DNA of 60,469 bases, counting the filler. It is 3 parts of 3 records of this genome, joined end to end, with 100 filler letters (N's around TTAATTAATTAA, not from the genome) between each part and the next. Parts side by side here need not be neighbours in the genome. Positions count along the whole stretch, not along the records: positions 15,034 to 45,149 come from SRR20825019_281; positions 45,250 to 60,469 come from SRR20825019_290; 1 more part is not named here. One strand, given 5' to 3'. Below, in pieces: positions 38,614-48,533 of the stretch. The notes under the pieces are model-generated. The model searched no databases and was not told the DNA's origin. It saw nothing but the letters and a program-made list of their open reading frames with translations. The position numbers and the translations under genes are program-made. The stretch's first letter is position 1. Each line of letters begins with the position of its first letter.

Positions 38614-39425
38614 ACGACCTCTTCACGGAGATAACGATTACCGGCCAGGCCAGCCTTCACATCCGTCATTGAAAATGACTCGGCGTATTCCCCGGCGATC
38701 TTCTTGAATAGGCGACGGACCTCGGTGGTGACAGCGCCACCATCCTCCTTGATCGTGTTGGAGGCATGTGTCCGGTACCGGACCAGAATTTGCGGAAGGA
38801 ACAATACATTTCCGAGCAATGCAGCCCGCAACGCGAAGTCCCAGTCATGCACATAACGATAGTCGCGGAAACCACCGATCCTTTGATACAGCTGCTTGCT
38901 GAACAGCATATTGCTCGTGGTCGCGATGAAATTCTGGTTAGCCAGTATTGGCAGAAGATCGTGTTCCGCAAGATGATCGCGAACCTTCATCTCCCGGGGA
39001 AACGGAAATTCCGGCGATAACGGCCCCCGCTTGATACCAAGAGGGGCGCCACCATCGTCCATAAGTGCGATATGCCCGGTTACGAAATCATACCGCGTCC
39101 GGTTCACCGCCATCTGCACCGCCTCGAAACGAGCCGGTACGAAGATATCATCGGAGTTAAGCACTGCGAGCCAGGGCTGACCCGCCGCTTCCGCCAACTG
39201 GTTCAATCGCGCATGCGCGCCAATATTACCGCCTTCGGATGGTGTAAGATCCCTGACCCGTCCCGAGCGCTCTGCCGCGAGCCGCGCGATCACAGAGCGG
39301 CTTTCGTCACTGGATCCGTCATCCGCCAGCAAAACCTCATGAACCAGCGGGCTGGCCAAGGCCGACTGAACCGCGTCAGCGACATAGTCCTGATGGTTGT
39401 AGACGGGAATTAGAACACTAAACAC
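38610..39425 (-). CDS. Glycosyltransferase family 2
   Basis: SVLIPVYN, DDGSSD, LNSDD and HDWDF motifs. Confidence 0.9.
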   Translation of the reverse strand: MFSVLIPVYNHQDYVADAVQSALASPLVHEVLLADDGSSDESRSVIARLAAERSGRVRDLTPSEGGNIGAHARLNQLAEAAGQPWLAVLNSDDIFVPARFEAVQMAVNRTRYDFVTGHIALMDDGGAPLGIKRGPLSPEFPFPREMKVRDHLAEHDLLPILANQNFIATTSNMLFSKQLYQRIGGFRDYRYVHDWDFALRAALLGNVLFLPQILVRYRTHASNTIKEDGGAVTTEVRRLFKKIAGEYAESFSMTDVKAGLAGNRYLREEVV

Positions 39426-39440
39426 TCCGCGCTCTCCAGT

Positions 39441-40676
39441 TCAGCCACCAACCGCGCGCCGAAGCATACGGTAGACTGAAACCACGAAGGGGCGGCGCGT
39501 TGCCCAGAGGCGCAGTGACGACATGAAACGCCCTCGCCCCATGCGCTGCGGCAGTCCGGAGTGCCCGTCCGGATAAAGCTGATCAGACGGAATAAGTGAG
39601 CCGGTGAATTCGATGAAGGCGGTCCGGTTCATGTCATCGCGGAACCGGGCAAGCGCCACTTCATAAGCGGCGCCTAGATTGGCCTCGGGATCGGTCTCGG
39701 CCAGGATATAGCCTTGCGCATAGGCCAACCGGAACATGGCCGACAGTGCCGCCGCATGCCAATGCTCGCTGCCCATCCGGCCGCTTCCCTCAAGCAAACG
39801 AATCCAGGCCTTCAGCCCTTCGATCAACAACAGTTGATCGGGGATCTTGAGATCTTCTTCCGGCAAGATCGGTTCACTCAGGGCCTGTGAAACCCGCTCG
39901 GGCGCCACCATCGTCGCCACGTCCGGGTGAATGCGCACAAATTCCCGCGCCGCGTTACCGGCGCTGACCTGACGGCGCAGGAACCCGGCAACGTCATACT
40001 TGTGGTGATGCGTGCCCACCGAAAGCGGCGCGTAGACGGTCGTGAGGCCTTGAGGCCTGTTGTACAGCCGGTACGCGAACTCGATATCCTCATACCCATA
40101 GGTCTGGAAGGAAGCGCTGAATCCTTCCTTGGCCCAGCTCTTCGCGACCGACTTCTTGACCGAGATGTTTGCGGTATAGAAAAACCGCCAGTCGAGTTCG
40201 GTATAGGGCGGGATATGCGCATAGCCGAATTGCTCGCCGCCGCCGCCCTGTATATGGCTCATCACGAAAGACACGTCGAAGTCATCGGATGACGGCCAGA
40301 CGACCTTGCCGAGAACCGCAACATTGTCGCCCGGCATCCGCTCGTGCAACTCGGCATGAGCGCGAAAGAAATCGTCATTGACCGGTGTGATATCATCGCC
40401 CAGGAACAACAGAATATCGTGCCGTGCCATGTCGGCACCGACATTCCGGGCGACGCCGGCACCGCTGTTATCGATCGTTGTCCAGACCAGGTTGTCGAAA
40501 CGCTCTGCGCATTTTTCAAGCTGGTCGGCGGCATCGTTCGTCGACCCGTCGTTTACCACGACGAATTCCAGTTCGATCCCTCCCGCGTGCTCCATACATT
40601 TCTCGAGCAAGTCGGCCAGCGACCGACGCGGGTTATAGGTCGGGATCACTACTGAAAGGGCCACGCTCGGGTCCAC
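39441..40676 (-). CDS. Glycosyltransferase family 2
   Basis: SVVIPTYN, NDGST, ARNVG, FLGDD and GYEDIEF motifs. Confidence 0.9.
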   Translation of the reverse strand: MDPSVALSVVIPTYNPRRSLADLLEKCMEHAGGIELEFVVVNDGSTNDAADQLEKCAERFDNLVWTTIDNSGAGVARNVGADMARHDILLFLGDDITPVNDDFFRAHAELHERMPGDNVAVLGKVVWPSSDDFDVSFVMSHIQGGGGEQFGYAHIPPYTELDWRFFYTANISVKKSVAKSWAKEGFSASFQTYGYEDIEFAYRLYNRPQGLTTVYAPLSVGTHHHKYDVAGFLRRQVSAGNAAREFVRIHPDVATMVAPERVSQALSEPILPEEDLKIPDQLLLIEGLKAWIRLLEGSGRMGSEHWHAAALSAMFRLAYAQGYILAETDPEANLGAAYEVALARFRDDMNRTAFIEFTGSLIPSDQLYPDGHSGLPQRMGRGRFMSSLRLWATRRPFVVSVYRMLRRAVGG

Positions 40677-40804
40677 GAAAGTAATAAAAAAAGAAGGTTA
40701 GCCGCCGGGTAGTGACAGAACGCTAAAATTTTGTCAACTAACCCCCACCTCGTATCCTTGCCACACCTCTCAGGCAGTGACAGCGCTAACGGGGCCACCC
40801 GTCA

Positions 40805-41653
40805 CTATGCTTTAGCGTCGTGATCCAATTCAGCGAAGGCTTCGTCTATCTCCCCGGCATTCCCCTGGACCGCCGTCCGGAAAATCGCGTCAAAGGATGC
40901 AACCCTCTCCGGCAGTCCGGTGTGGTCGCGCATGGTACGGGCACGGTGATGTCGTTCCGCCGGATCCAGATACCGGTCGACCTCCTGCGCTCCGGATCCG
41001 TTCTGATCAAGAGCCAGAGCCGGCATCCCCGGCAACGTGAATGCAGCGCCTATCCGTTTGATCATCCCCCGCCAGTCATTCAGCAACTGGTCATAATCCA
41101 CGAAGATGCGGTGCGCCCCGCGCGTGTCACGCTCCGCTTCCGACATGTAGCGCCACCAGAGCCATGCCGCGTCCTCCAGAGCCATACCGTCACGCGTGTT
41201 CAGGGACGCGGCAACCTCGGCCGGATCCCGGCGCACCAGAATGAAACAGGGCTCAACGCCATCCAGAAGCGGACGCCAGAGCCGGACAAACCGGCACAGC
41301 CTCGGGTCCTTGAGACCCCAATCGCTCGTCCCGTCACGTGGAAAGTCGTAATCCAACACAGCACGGATAGAAGCCCGTGCCTCATCCGCCGCGGCGCTTT
41401 CCAACCAGTTCTCCGGAAACGGATCGGTACTGCTCCAGTGCGAGCCCATGGCGCGCAACAGGATTTCGTGGATCGGCACGATACTGTTGTGCTCGTAGAA
41501 ACCGAGTGAGTTGGAGCCTTCCTCCGGCGGCATCAGATTGGATCCGAGATCCAGCCCGAGGCGCCAGAGCGTGCCACTCAGCGCGGAAGTTCCACTGCGA
41601 TGCATTCCCAGCACGATCAAGGCTCGGCGGGCCGGCGCCATACCGTCCGTCAT
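40805..41653 (-). CDS. Sulfotransferase family protein
   Basis: 5'-PSB loop LGMHRSGTS, KDPR, and 3'-PB RDPAEVAASL. Confidence 0.85.
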   Translation of the reverse strand: MTDGMAPARRALIVLGMHRSGTSALSGTLWRLGLDLGSNLMPPEEGSNSLGFYEHNSIVPIHEILLRAMGSHWSSTDPFPENWLESAAADEARASIRAVLDYDFPRDGTSDWGLKDPRLCRFVRLWRPLLDGVEPCFILVRRDPAEVAASLNTRDGMALEDAAWLWWRYMSEAERDTRGAHRIFVDYDQLLNDWRGMIKRIGAAFTLPGMPALALDQNGSGAQEVDRYLDPAERHHRARTMRDHTGLPERVASFDAIFRTAVQGNAGEIDEAFAELDHDAKA

Positions 41654-42546
41654 GGGGCGGCTGGTACTCTGGAGGGCGCGCGCTCGCTCATCCCATCCGC
41701 CAAATACCCAAATGCTTCAAGCGTCGTATGGTTCTCGTTCTGGATGGCTTCAAGCACGTCCTCGGGGATGATCCGCCGCCAGCGAAAAAGGCTCGGAGGC
41801 TCGGCGATCTCGCCGATGGCATGGTCCAGCTGTCTCTGGTCAAGATCCAGAAAGGCCAGAACCTCGCGGCCCACATCCCAGGGCCGCTGCGCCAGATCTT
41901 CCAGACGCACCCGCAGATACCGGCCGTGAAGCTCGCGCTCCGCCCAGCGCGCGGCGTCCAGGTTCGCCTTGCTCCAGAGCCGGCATGATTCAATCGGGTC
42001 GTCGTCACCGACCCTCTCCCTGCCAAGCACTGCTTCGTAATGCTTGATGAATTGCCACTGGTTGGTGGACACGGCCATGTCACGGCCGTCACGCACCATA
42101 TGAATGACCCGCATTTTTGGGAATATGGCGCGGATGACAGGCAGCACGTACATGGCGCGCGGGTTCTTCCAGCCCCATCGCGCCGCCGCCCTCGGTCGCC
42201 CGGCAAGCCAGTGACGCACACAGCTGCTGAAATCTCCGACAACCCGCTTGCGCAGTCCGTCAGACAGCGAGTCCAGCCGGTAATCCAGACTGCGTGTTTC
42301 CGTCATCACCGCGTTGATGTAATCGTCGAGACACTGCTCGAAAGGCATCGCGTCGCCAACATTGTTGACGGCTTCGCCATCGCCCATGAAGACTCCGGCC
42401 CGTTCCAGAATAACCCGCATTGCCCGGGTTCCAGATCCCCCGGTCGCACAGATGATCACCGGCTCCGCCATAACGCCCCGCCCAGACATGCAGGCAAGCG
42501 TCTGGCCAATCCCGGTCGGCAGTAATGTCGCGCTAGGTCGGATCAT
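41650..42546 (-). CDS. Sulfotransferase family protein
   Basis: ATGGSGTR loop, WGWKNP, HMVRDGRDMAVS and RLEDL; true start may lie further downstream. Confidence 0.8.
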   Translation of the reverse strand: MIRPSATLLPTGIGQTLACMSGRGVMAEPVIICATGGSGTRAMRVILERAGVFMGDGEAVNNVGDAMPFEQCLDDYINAVMTETRSLDYRLDSLSDGLRKRVVGDFSSCVRHWLAGRPRAAARWGWKNPRAMYVLPVIRAIFPKMRVIHMVRDGRDMAVSTNQWQFIKHYEAVLGRERVGDDDPIESCRLWSKANLDAARWAERELHGRYLRVRLEDLAQRPWDVGREVLAFLDLDQRQLDHAIGEIAEPPSLFRWRRIIPEDVLEAIQNENHTTLEAFGYLADGMSERAPSRVPAAP

Positions 42547-43937
42547 GGTTCGCTCGCGCTCAGGTTATCGTCACGGTTTGTAGAGAAGGATATATCCGGG
42601 TCGAGTTCAAAATCGACCAGGCCCTGGGGCATCAGATCCGGATCGGCCTGCACGCGGAACATAACTGAATCGATGATGCGGTGCAGGAACCCGAATTCAC
42701 TGTTCGCGCGCCCCATAACCCCACAGCTGATCGTATAGTGGGATGCGGAAAACAGCCGGCAGGTAAAGGTGAAGGACGCCGTTGCGCGCTCCCCTTCGGT
42801 CACACTCAGCGTCAGCTCCGACGGCCGCGCCGAACGGCTGCCGCCCAGCGGATATCCGGCATGGGTCCGGATCATCATCTGAAACAGCACCTGCCAGGCG
42901 TCGGCGAGAAACTCGACATCGAAGCAAAACCGGTACTGGTTTCCCCGGATCAGGGTATTGACCAGCACCCCTTCCAGAGTTTCGATCCGGGGGTTCAGGA
43001 TCCGGGCGCCGTTCTCCGGCAGCTCCGTCCGTCCCTTGGCCGTCAGATTGACGTCATGGCTTTCACCGATTGCGGTCTCAGGCGCCGTTTCTGATCCGGT
43101 GCCGGTATCATCCTCAATGGCGCCACTGGAGGCACCGCCCGAGCGGATATCGCGAGTGATCTCGCGACGGCTTTCCGCCGGCGCGAAAACCAGGCGATGA
43201 AACTGGTCGATCACCGATTTCGGCTCGCCATCAAGCAGCACTCCGCCATCATCGATGAGGAGTGCACGCCGGCAGAACTGAATCACTGCCTGCGGGCTGT
43301 GCGAGACGAAGAACAGGGTACCGCCGGCTTCCTGGAAGTCCCGTATCCGCGCGAAACACTTGTTCTGAAAGCCCTCGTCCCCGACCGACAGTGCCTCATC
43401 CACAATGAGGATGTCAGGTTGAACGCTGATGGCGAGAGAGAAGGCCAGGCGAACATACATCCCGCTTGAATAGGTCCGGACGGGCATATCGATATAATCG
43501 CCGATATCGGCAAAATCGATGACCGCATCCATGCGCTCATCGATCTCATCGCGAGAGAGGCCGAGAATAGCGGCGTTCATATAAAGATTATCACGGCCGC
43601 TGAAGTCGCCACTGAACCCTGCGCCGAGTTCCAGCAGGGCGGAGACCCGCCCGCGCACCAGCGCCTGCCCCCTGCTGGGGCGCAACGTACCGGCCAGGAC
43701 CTGCAGAAGCGTAGACTTTCCCGCTCCGTTCCGTCCCACCAGGCCCACGGCTTCTCCACGCCGGATATCGAAGGAGATATCCTTAAGCGCCCATGATTCC
43801 TGATAGTACTGACGCTTGTCGCCCATCGCCCATTGCTTGAGCCGGTCAACCGGGGTCGTGAAGGTACGGTAAACCTTGTCGAGATCCTCGACCCGGATCA
43901 CCACGTCGTCGGGCAAAAGAGCCCCGTCAGATGACAT
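42543..43937 (-). CDS. wzt: Polysaccharide ABC exporter ATPase with C-terminal carbohydrate-binding module
   Basis: GRNGAGKSTL, ALLELGAGF, YSSGMYVRLAF and VDEALSVGD; long beta-rich C-terminal extension; start ATG 43937. Confidence 0.93.
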   Translation of the reverse strand: MSSDGALLPDDVVIRVEDLDKVYRTFTTPVDRLKQWAMGDKRQYYQESWALKDISFDIRRGEAVGLVGRNGAGKSTLLQVLAGTLRPSRGQALVRGRVSALLELGAGFSGDFSGRDNLYMNAAILGLSRDEIDERMDAVIDFADIGDYIDMPVRTYSSGMYVRLAFSLAISVQPDILIVDEALSVGDEGFQNKCFARIRDFQEAGGTLFFVSHSPQAVIQFCRRALLIDDGGVLLDGEPKSVIDQFHRLVFAPAESRREITRDIRSGGASSGAIEDDTGTGSETAPETAIGESHDVNLTAKGRTELPENGARILNPRIETLEGVLVNTLIRGNQYRFCFDVEFLADAWQVLFQMMIRTHAGYPLGGSRSARPSELTLSVTEGERATASFTFTCRLFSASHYTISCGVMGRANSEFGFLHRIIDSVMFRVQADPDLMPQGLVDFELDPDISFSTNRDDNLSASEP

Positions 43938-44799
43938 CCGCGAAAGTCCTCTTGCACCGGACGAAGACGTAAAAACCGATCCAGGCAACAATGAATGCGG
44001 CACCACTATAAATCGTCAAACCCACCCACTCCGGGGGCATTCCGTCCAGCAGAACGCGCCGTAACCCCAAAATCGGAACGGTCAAAGGATTGAGATAAAC
44101 CACGTCACGCATCACCTCCGGCAAGGTTTCGATCTTGTAAAAAACCGGCCCCAGGAACAGCAGCACAGTTGCCATCAATCCGGTCACATGCCCGATATCA
44201 CGCAGGAACACGCCAACAGCCGAAAGAAACCATGCAACCCCGGCCATCATGATCACGAAGGGCAGCAGGACCAGAGGTGCCAACAGCGCGGTCAGGGGTA
44301 GCGTTCCCGATGTCGCCACATGAACGACGAGCATAACCAGAAGGCCAATCGATGCCGTCGTCGCGGCGCTGATCACCGACGCCAAAGGCAGCAGCTCCGT
44401 CGCCAACACGAATTTTTTGATGAGATTTGGATTGCCCAACACCACGTTCGGCGCCCGGGTGATCACTTCGGCCAGGAAACCATGCAGAACCAGGCCCGCG
44501 AACAGGAATTTCGCGAATGTCGTCAGATCCGTCGTCGCGTCGATCCTTGCCGCCTTCGGCGAGAACATCGTCCCGAACAGAAACGTGAAAACCGCGAGCA
44601 TCAACAAGGGTGTCAGTACCGCCCAAAACAGCCCGGCGAACGAGCCGGTATATTTCGACGCCACCTCGCGGCCAACCATACGCATCAACAGCAACGGATC
44701 ACGCCAGACCACGATATAGGGTCCAAGCGCGGCGCCGAAAAAAGACGGAGCCTTGACCGCGGCTGCATTCACTGAGACGGAAGAAACTGGCATGCTCAT
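43927..44799 (-). CDS. wzm: Polysaccharide ABC exporter permease
   Basis: KYTGSFAGLFWAVLTPL, FLRDIG, PVFY, LNP, C-terminal FADVI. Confidence 0.93.
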   Translation of the reverse strand: MSMPVSSVSVNAAAVKAPSFFGAALGPYIVVWRDPLLLMRMVGREVASKYTGSFAGLFWAVLTPLLMLAVFTFLFGTMFSPKAARIDATTDLTTFAKFLFAGLVLHGFLAEVITRAPNVVLGNPNLIKKFVLATELLPLASVISAATTASIGLLVMLVVHVATSGTLPLTALLAPLVLLPFVIMMAGVAWFLSAVGVFLRDIGHVTGLMATVLLFLGPVFYKIETLPEVMRDVVYLNPLTVPILGLRRVLLDGMPPEWVGLTIYSGAAFIVAWIGFYVFVRCKRTFADVI

Positions 44800-44847
44800 C
44801 GATCTAGCAGTTAGCTCGTCAAAAGGCGAGCCGGGATTGGGGGTGCG

Positions 44848-44923
44848 TGCTGAGCGCGAGAGAACTCGAACATCGGACCCGCTGATTACACTCTAGCTGC
44901 TGTACCGACTGAACGACGCGCGC
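44848..44923 (-). pseudogene. Decayed tRNA gene (tRNA-Lys-like body)
   Basis: 76 nt parse without gaps as a cloverleaf: GCGCGCG TC GTTC AGTCGGTA CAGC A GCTAG AGTGTAA TCAGC GGGTC CGATG TTCGAGT TCTCT CGCGCTC A GCA. All four stems have mismatches, and the end is GCA instead of CCA. Confidence 0.75.
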
Positions 44924-44925
44924 GA

Positions 44926-44954
44926 AAAATAGGGAACTCGCCCCGAGCGGTCAA
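44926..44954 (-). promoter_or_regulatory. Putative sigma-70 promoter reading into the pseudo-tRNA and wzm
   Basis: Minus strand TTGACC-N17-TATTTT. Confidence 0.5.
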
Positions 44955-45125
44955 CCTCGACGACACACGTAGGGGGCCGGTGAATAACTTCCCCTGCCTC
45001 TACACTTCCTTTAACCATGAAGCATATAATTTTGAGCGCGAAATTATCGGCGTTATTTTTGGCCCTGAGCGCAAAAACCGCTTAGGGCAGGATGCCACTA
45101 AACGGTTGATATATCTTGGATATTT

Positions 45126-45149
45126 TGGTTGCGGGGGTAGGATTTGAAC
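45126..45149 (-). tRNA. 3' end of initiator tRNA-Met (truncated by contig end)
   Basis: Minus strand GTTCAAATCCTACCCCCGCAACCA: T loop and CCCGCAACCA acceptor end typical of tRNA-fMet; anticodon not in the window. Confidence 0.8.
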
Positions 45150-45249
45150 NNNNNNNNNNNNNNNNNNNNNNNNNNNNNNNNNNNNNNNNNNNNTTAATTA
45201 ATTAANNNNNNNNNNNNNNNNNNNNNNNNNNNNNNNNNNNNNNNNNNNN
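45150..45249. other. Artificial contig linker
   Basis: 44 N + TTAATTAATTAA + 44 N. Confidence 0.99.
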
Positions 45250-45433
45250 CCGTCGGGCATACGAGCAGGGTAAATGTTTCGCGTTCGGTGACCCGTTCGA
45301 AAACAGCTTTGTGTCGGCGATACATGGTTTCCATGGCGTGCTGACACAGACGTTCCAGCGCAAATGCCGGAACATTTCGAACGATGGGGTTCATCAGCAG
45401 AAAGGGTGTAAATGACGGGCGTTTGATTGACAC
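45250..45433 (-). CDS. ubiT: SCP2-domain protein, UbiT-like (3' truncated)
   Basis: RHKAVFERV...LLVCPT resembles the alphaproteobacterial UbiT N-terminus; FNR box upstream; only about 61 codons visible. Confidence 0.55.
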
Positions 45434-45490
45434 GGCGGACTCCGGACCGAATTGGTTCCGGAAGTATTGTCATGTTTGGGTCTTAAGGTG

Positions 45491-45504
45491 TTGATGTCCG
45501 TCAA
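45491..45504. promoter_or_regulatory. FNR-family box upstream of the ubiT-like gene
   Basis: TTGAT-GTCC-GTCAA versus TTGAT-N4-ATCAA. Confidence 0.75.
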
Positions 45505-45610
45505 ATCACTGAAAGATTTGAATTTTTACGGTTCTTGATAAGGCGGAAAGGTTCTGCTTTTGCAAGACAGTATCGGGCAGGGGGGATCGCAAAATTCCAC
45601 GCAGCGCTAC

Positions 45611-45624
45611 TTGACCATCGTCAA
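45611..45624. promoter_or_regulatory. FNR/DNR-family box upstream of ric
   Basis: TTGAC-CATC-GTCAA with perfectly palindromic arms. Confidence 0.75.
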
Positions 45625-45688
45625 CGTGACTTTTGGGAAGGTGCCTAAACTTGGTTGGATCAATATCCGGGGATGGAGGCCCGCCAGC

Positions 45689-46396
45689 ATGCAATCCGAT
45701 TTCACATATGATCAGGAGCCTGCCAATTCAGCAAATCTGGTCCATCGCAAGATCGGCGATCTGGTCGCAAGCTTTCCGGGGGCAACCCTGGTTTTGCGAC
45801 GCCATAAAATCGGATTTTGCTGTTCAAGCAACAAGTCGCTGGACGAGGTCGCCGGTGCGAAAGGATTGGATGCCGGTCTGATTGCCCGTGAATTGTGCGA
45901 TTTGCCCAAGGGGCCACTGACCTTGCCGGATCCAAATGATATCGATGGCTTCATCGATTTTATTCTGGATCGGTATCATCAGACCCATCGTGATGAACTG
46001 GCCGAACTCATCCTGCTTGCCCGGAAGGTCGAGGCCGTTCACGGAGATCATCCGGACGCCCCGGCGGGATTGGCCGACGCGCTGTTTGAAATGACGGAGA
46101 AGCTTGATTCCCATATGGCGAAAGAGGAAATGGTTCTGTTTCCGGCGATGCGTGAAATGCAGCGCAACAGTGCCAGCACAATCCCCCTGATCATGCCGAT
46201 CCATTGCATGCGCGAAGAACATGACGAGCATGCCGAAGCCATCCATAAACTGCAAAAGCTGACCAACAATTTCACGTTGCCCGACGGTGTCTGTGGTTCA
46301 TGGCGGGCGCTTTATTCCGGCACGGCCAAGCTGGTCGAAGACCTGGTGGCACATATCCATCTTGAGAATGAAATACTGTTTCCGCGTTTTGAATAG
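45689..46396 (+). CDS. ric: Iron-sulfur cluster repair di-iron protein (RIC/YtfE)
   Basis: IGFCC N-terminal domain; hemerythrin-like RYHQTHR, HMAKEE.VLFP, EHDEH and HIHLENEILFP; ATG 45689 after GGAGG. Confidence 0.92.
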   Translation: MQSDFTYDQEPANSANLVHRKIGDLVASFPGATLVLRRHKIGFCCSSNKSLDEVAGAKGLDAGLIARELCDLPKGPLTLPDPNDIDGFIDFILDRYHQTHRDELAELILLARKVEAVHGDHPDAPAGLADALFEMTEKLDSHMAKEEMVLFPAMREMQRNSASTIPLIMPIHCMREEHDEHAEAIHKLQKLTNNFTLPDGVCGSWRALYSGTAKLVEDLVAHIHLENEILFPRFE

Positions 46397-46446
46397 CCTG
46401 ACGGGGTTTGCCTTATCCTTCCTGCCGTGCATTTCCGACCCCGCCT

Positions 46447-46472
46447 GCCCCGCCATCGTGCGGGGCTTTTTT
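46447..46472 (+). terminator. Intrinsic terminator after ric
   Basis: GCCCCGC-CATCGT-GCGGGGC followed by TTTTTT. Confidence 0.8.
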
Positions 46473-46475
46473 CGT

Positions 46476-46489
46476 TTGACGGTAGTCAA
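46476..46489. promoter_or_regulatory. FNR/DNR-family box upstream of norC
   Basis: TTGAC-GGTA-GTCAA. Confidence 0.8.
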
Positions 46490-46581
46490 GGTGGGAAACG
46501 TCCAGTCGGGAAATGATTGCATGACGCCGTTTTGGGGACAGAGCGGCATTGAACTGCCAATCGGAGTGAGGATCCGTTCAC

Positions 46582-47034
46582 ATGTCGGAACGACTGACAA
46601 AATCTGCCGCCCGAAACATCTTCTACGGCGGAACGATCTTCTTTCTGGTCATCTTTATCGGACTGACCTTGCACAGTCACAACTATATCGTCAACGAGTC
46701 CAGCAATCAGGATCAGCTGACGCCATCGGTTGTCGCGGGCAAGCATGTCTGGGAACGCAATTCATGCATCAACTGCCATACGCTTTTGGGCGAGGGTGCC
46801 TATTTCGCACCTGAACTTGGCAATGTCTGGGTGCGGTATGGCGGTGAAGATGATCCGGAAGGTGCGCGCGATATGCTTAAGGCATGGATGGCCGCACAGC
46901 CCACAGGCATCGAAGGCCGCCGCCAGATGCCGCAATTCAACCTTACAGATCAGGAGCTCGATGAGCTTGTCGACTTCCTGAAATGGACCAGTGAAATCGA
47001 CACCCAGAACTGGCCGCCAAACGAGGCGGGATAA
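46582..47034 (+). CDS. norC: Nitric oxide reductase subunit C
   Basis: MSERLTKSAARNIFYGG, CINCH heme motif, GEGAYFAPEL and RRQMPQFNL. Confidence 0.98.
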   Translation: MSERLTKSAARNIFYGGTIFFLVIFIGLTLHSHNYIVNESSNQDQLTPSVVAGKHVWERNSCINCHTLLGEGAYFAPELGNVWVRYGGEDDPEGARDMLKAWMAAQPTGIEGRRQMPQFNLTDQELDELVDFLKWTSEIDTQNWPPNEAG

Positions 47035-48405
<1,371 letters not shown>

Positions 48406-48461
48406 CGGCAATCAAGTCTGTGTGTTCGATTTCATGCTCTCTTCCATGACGACACATGGCG

Positions 48462-48498
48462 GACAACGACCGGTTGGTTCCCGCGACCGGTCGTTGTC
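48462..48498 (+). other. Long hairpin between norB and norQ
   Basis: GACAACGACCGGT...ACCGGTCGTTGTC 13-bp perfect stem followed by ATTTT. Confidence 0.65.
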
Positions 48499-48533
48499 AT
48501 TTTCGGCCTCCCCATTTTCCAAGGAGCATTCAA

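Noticed and set aside
44848-44923. Functional tRNA-Thr(TGT)
   Set aside because: G instead of U at position 33, two mismatches in the T stem, broken D and anticodon pairs, and no CCA; treated as a pseudogene.
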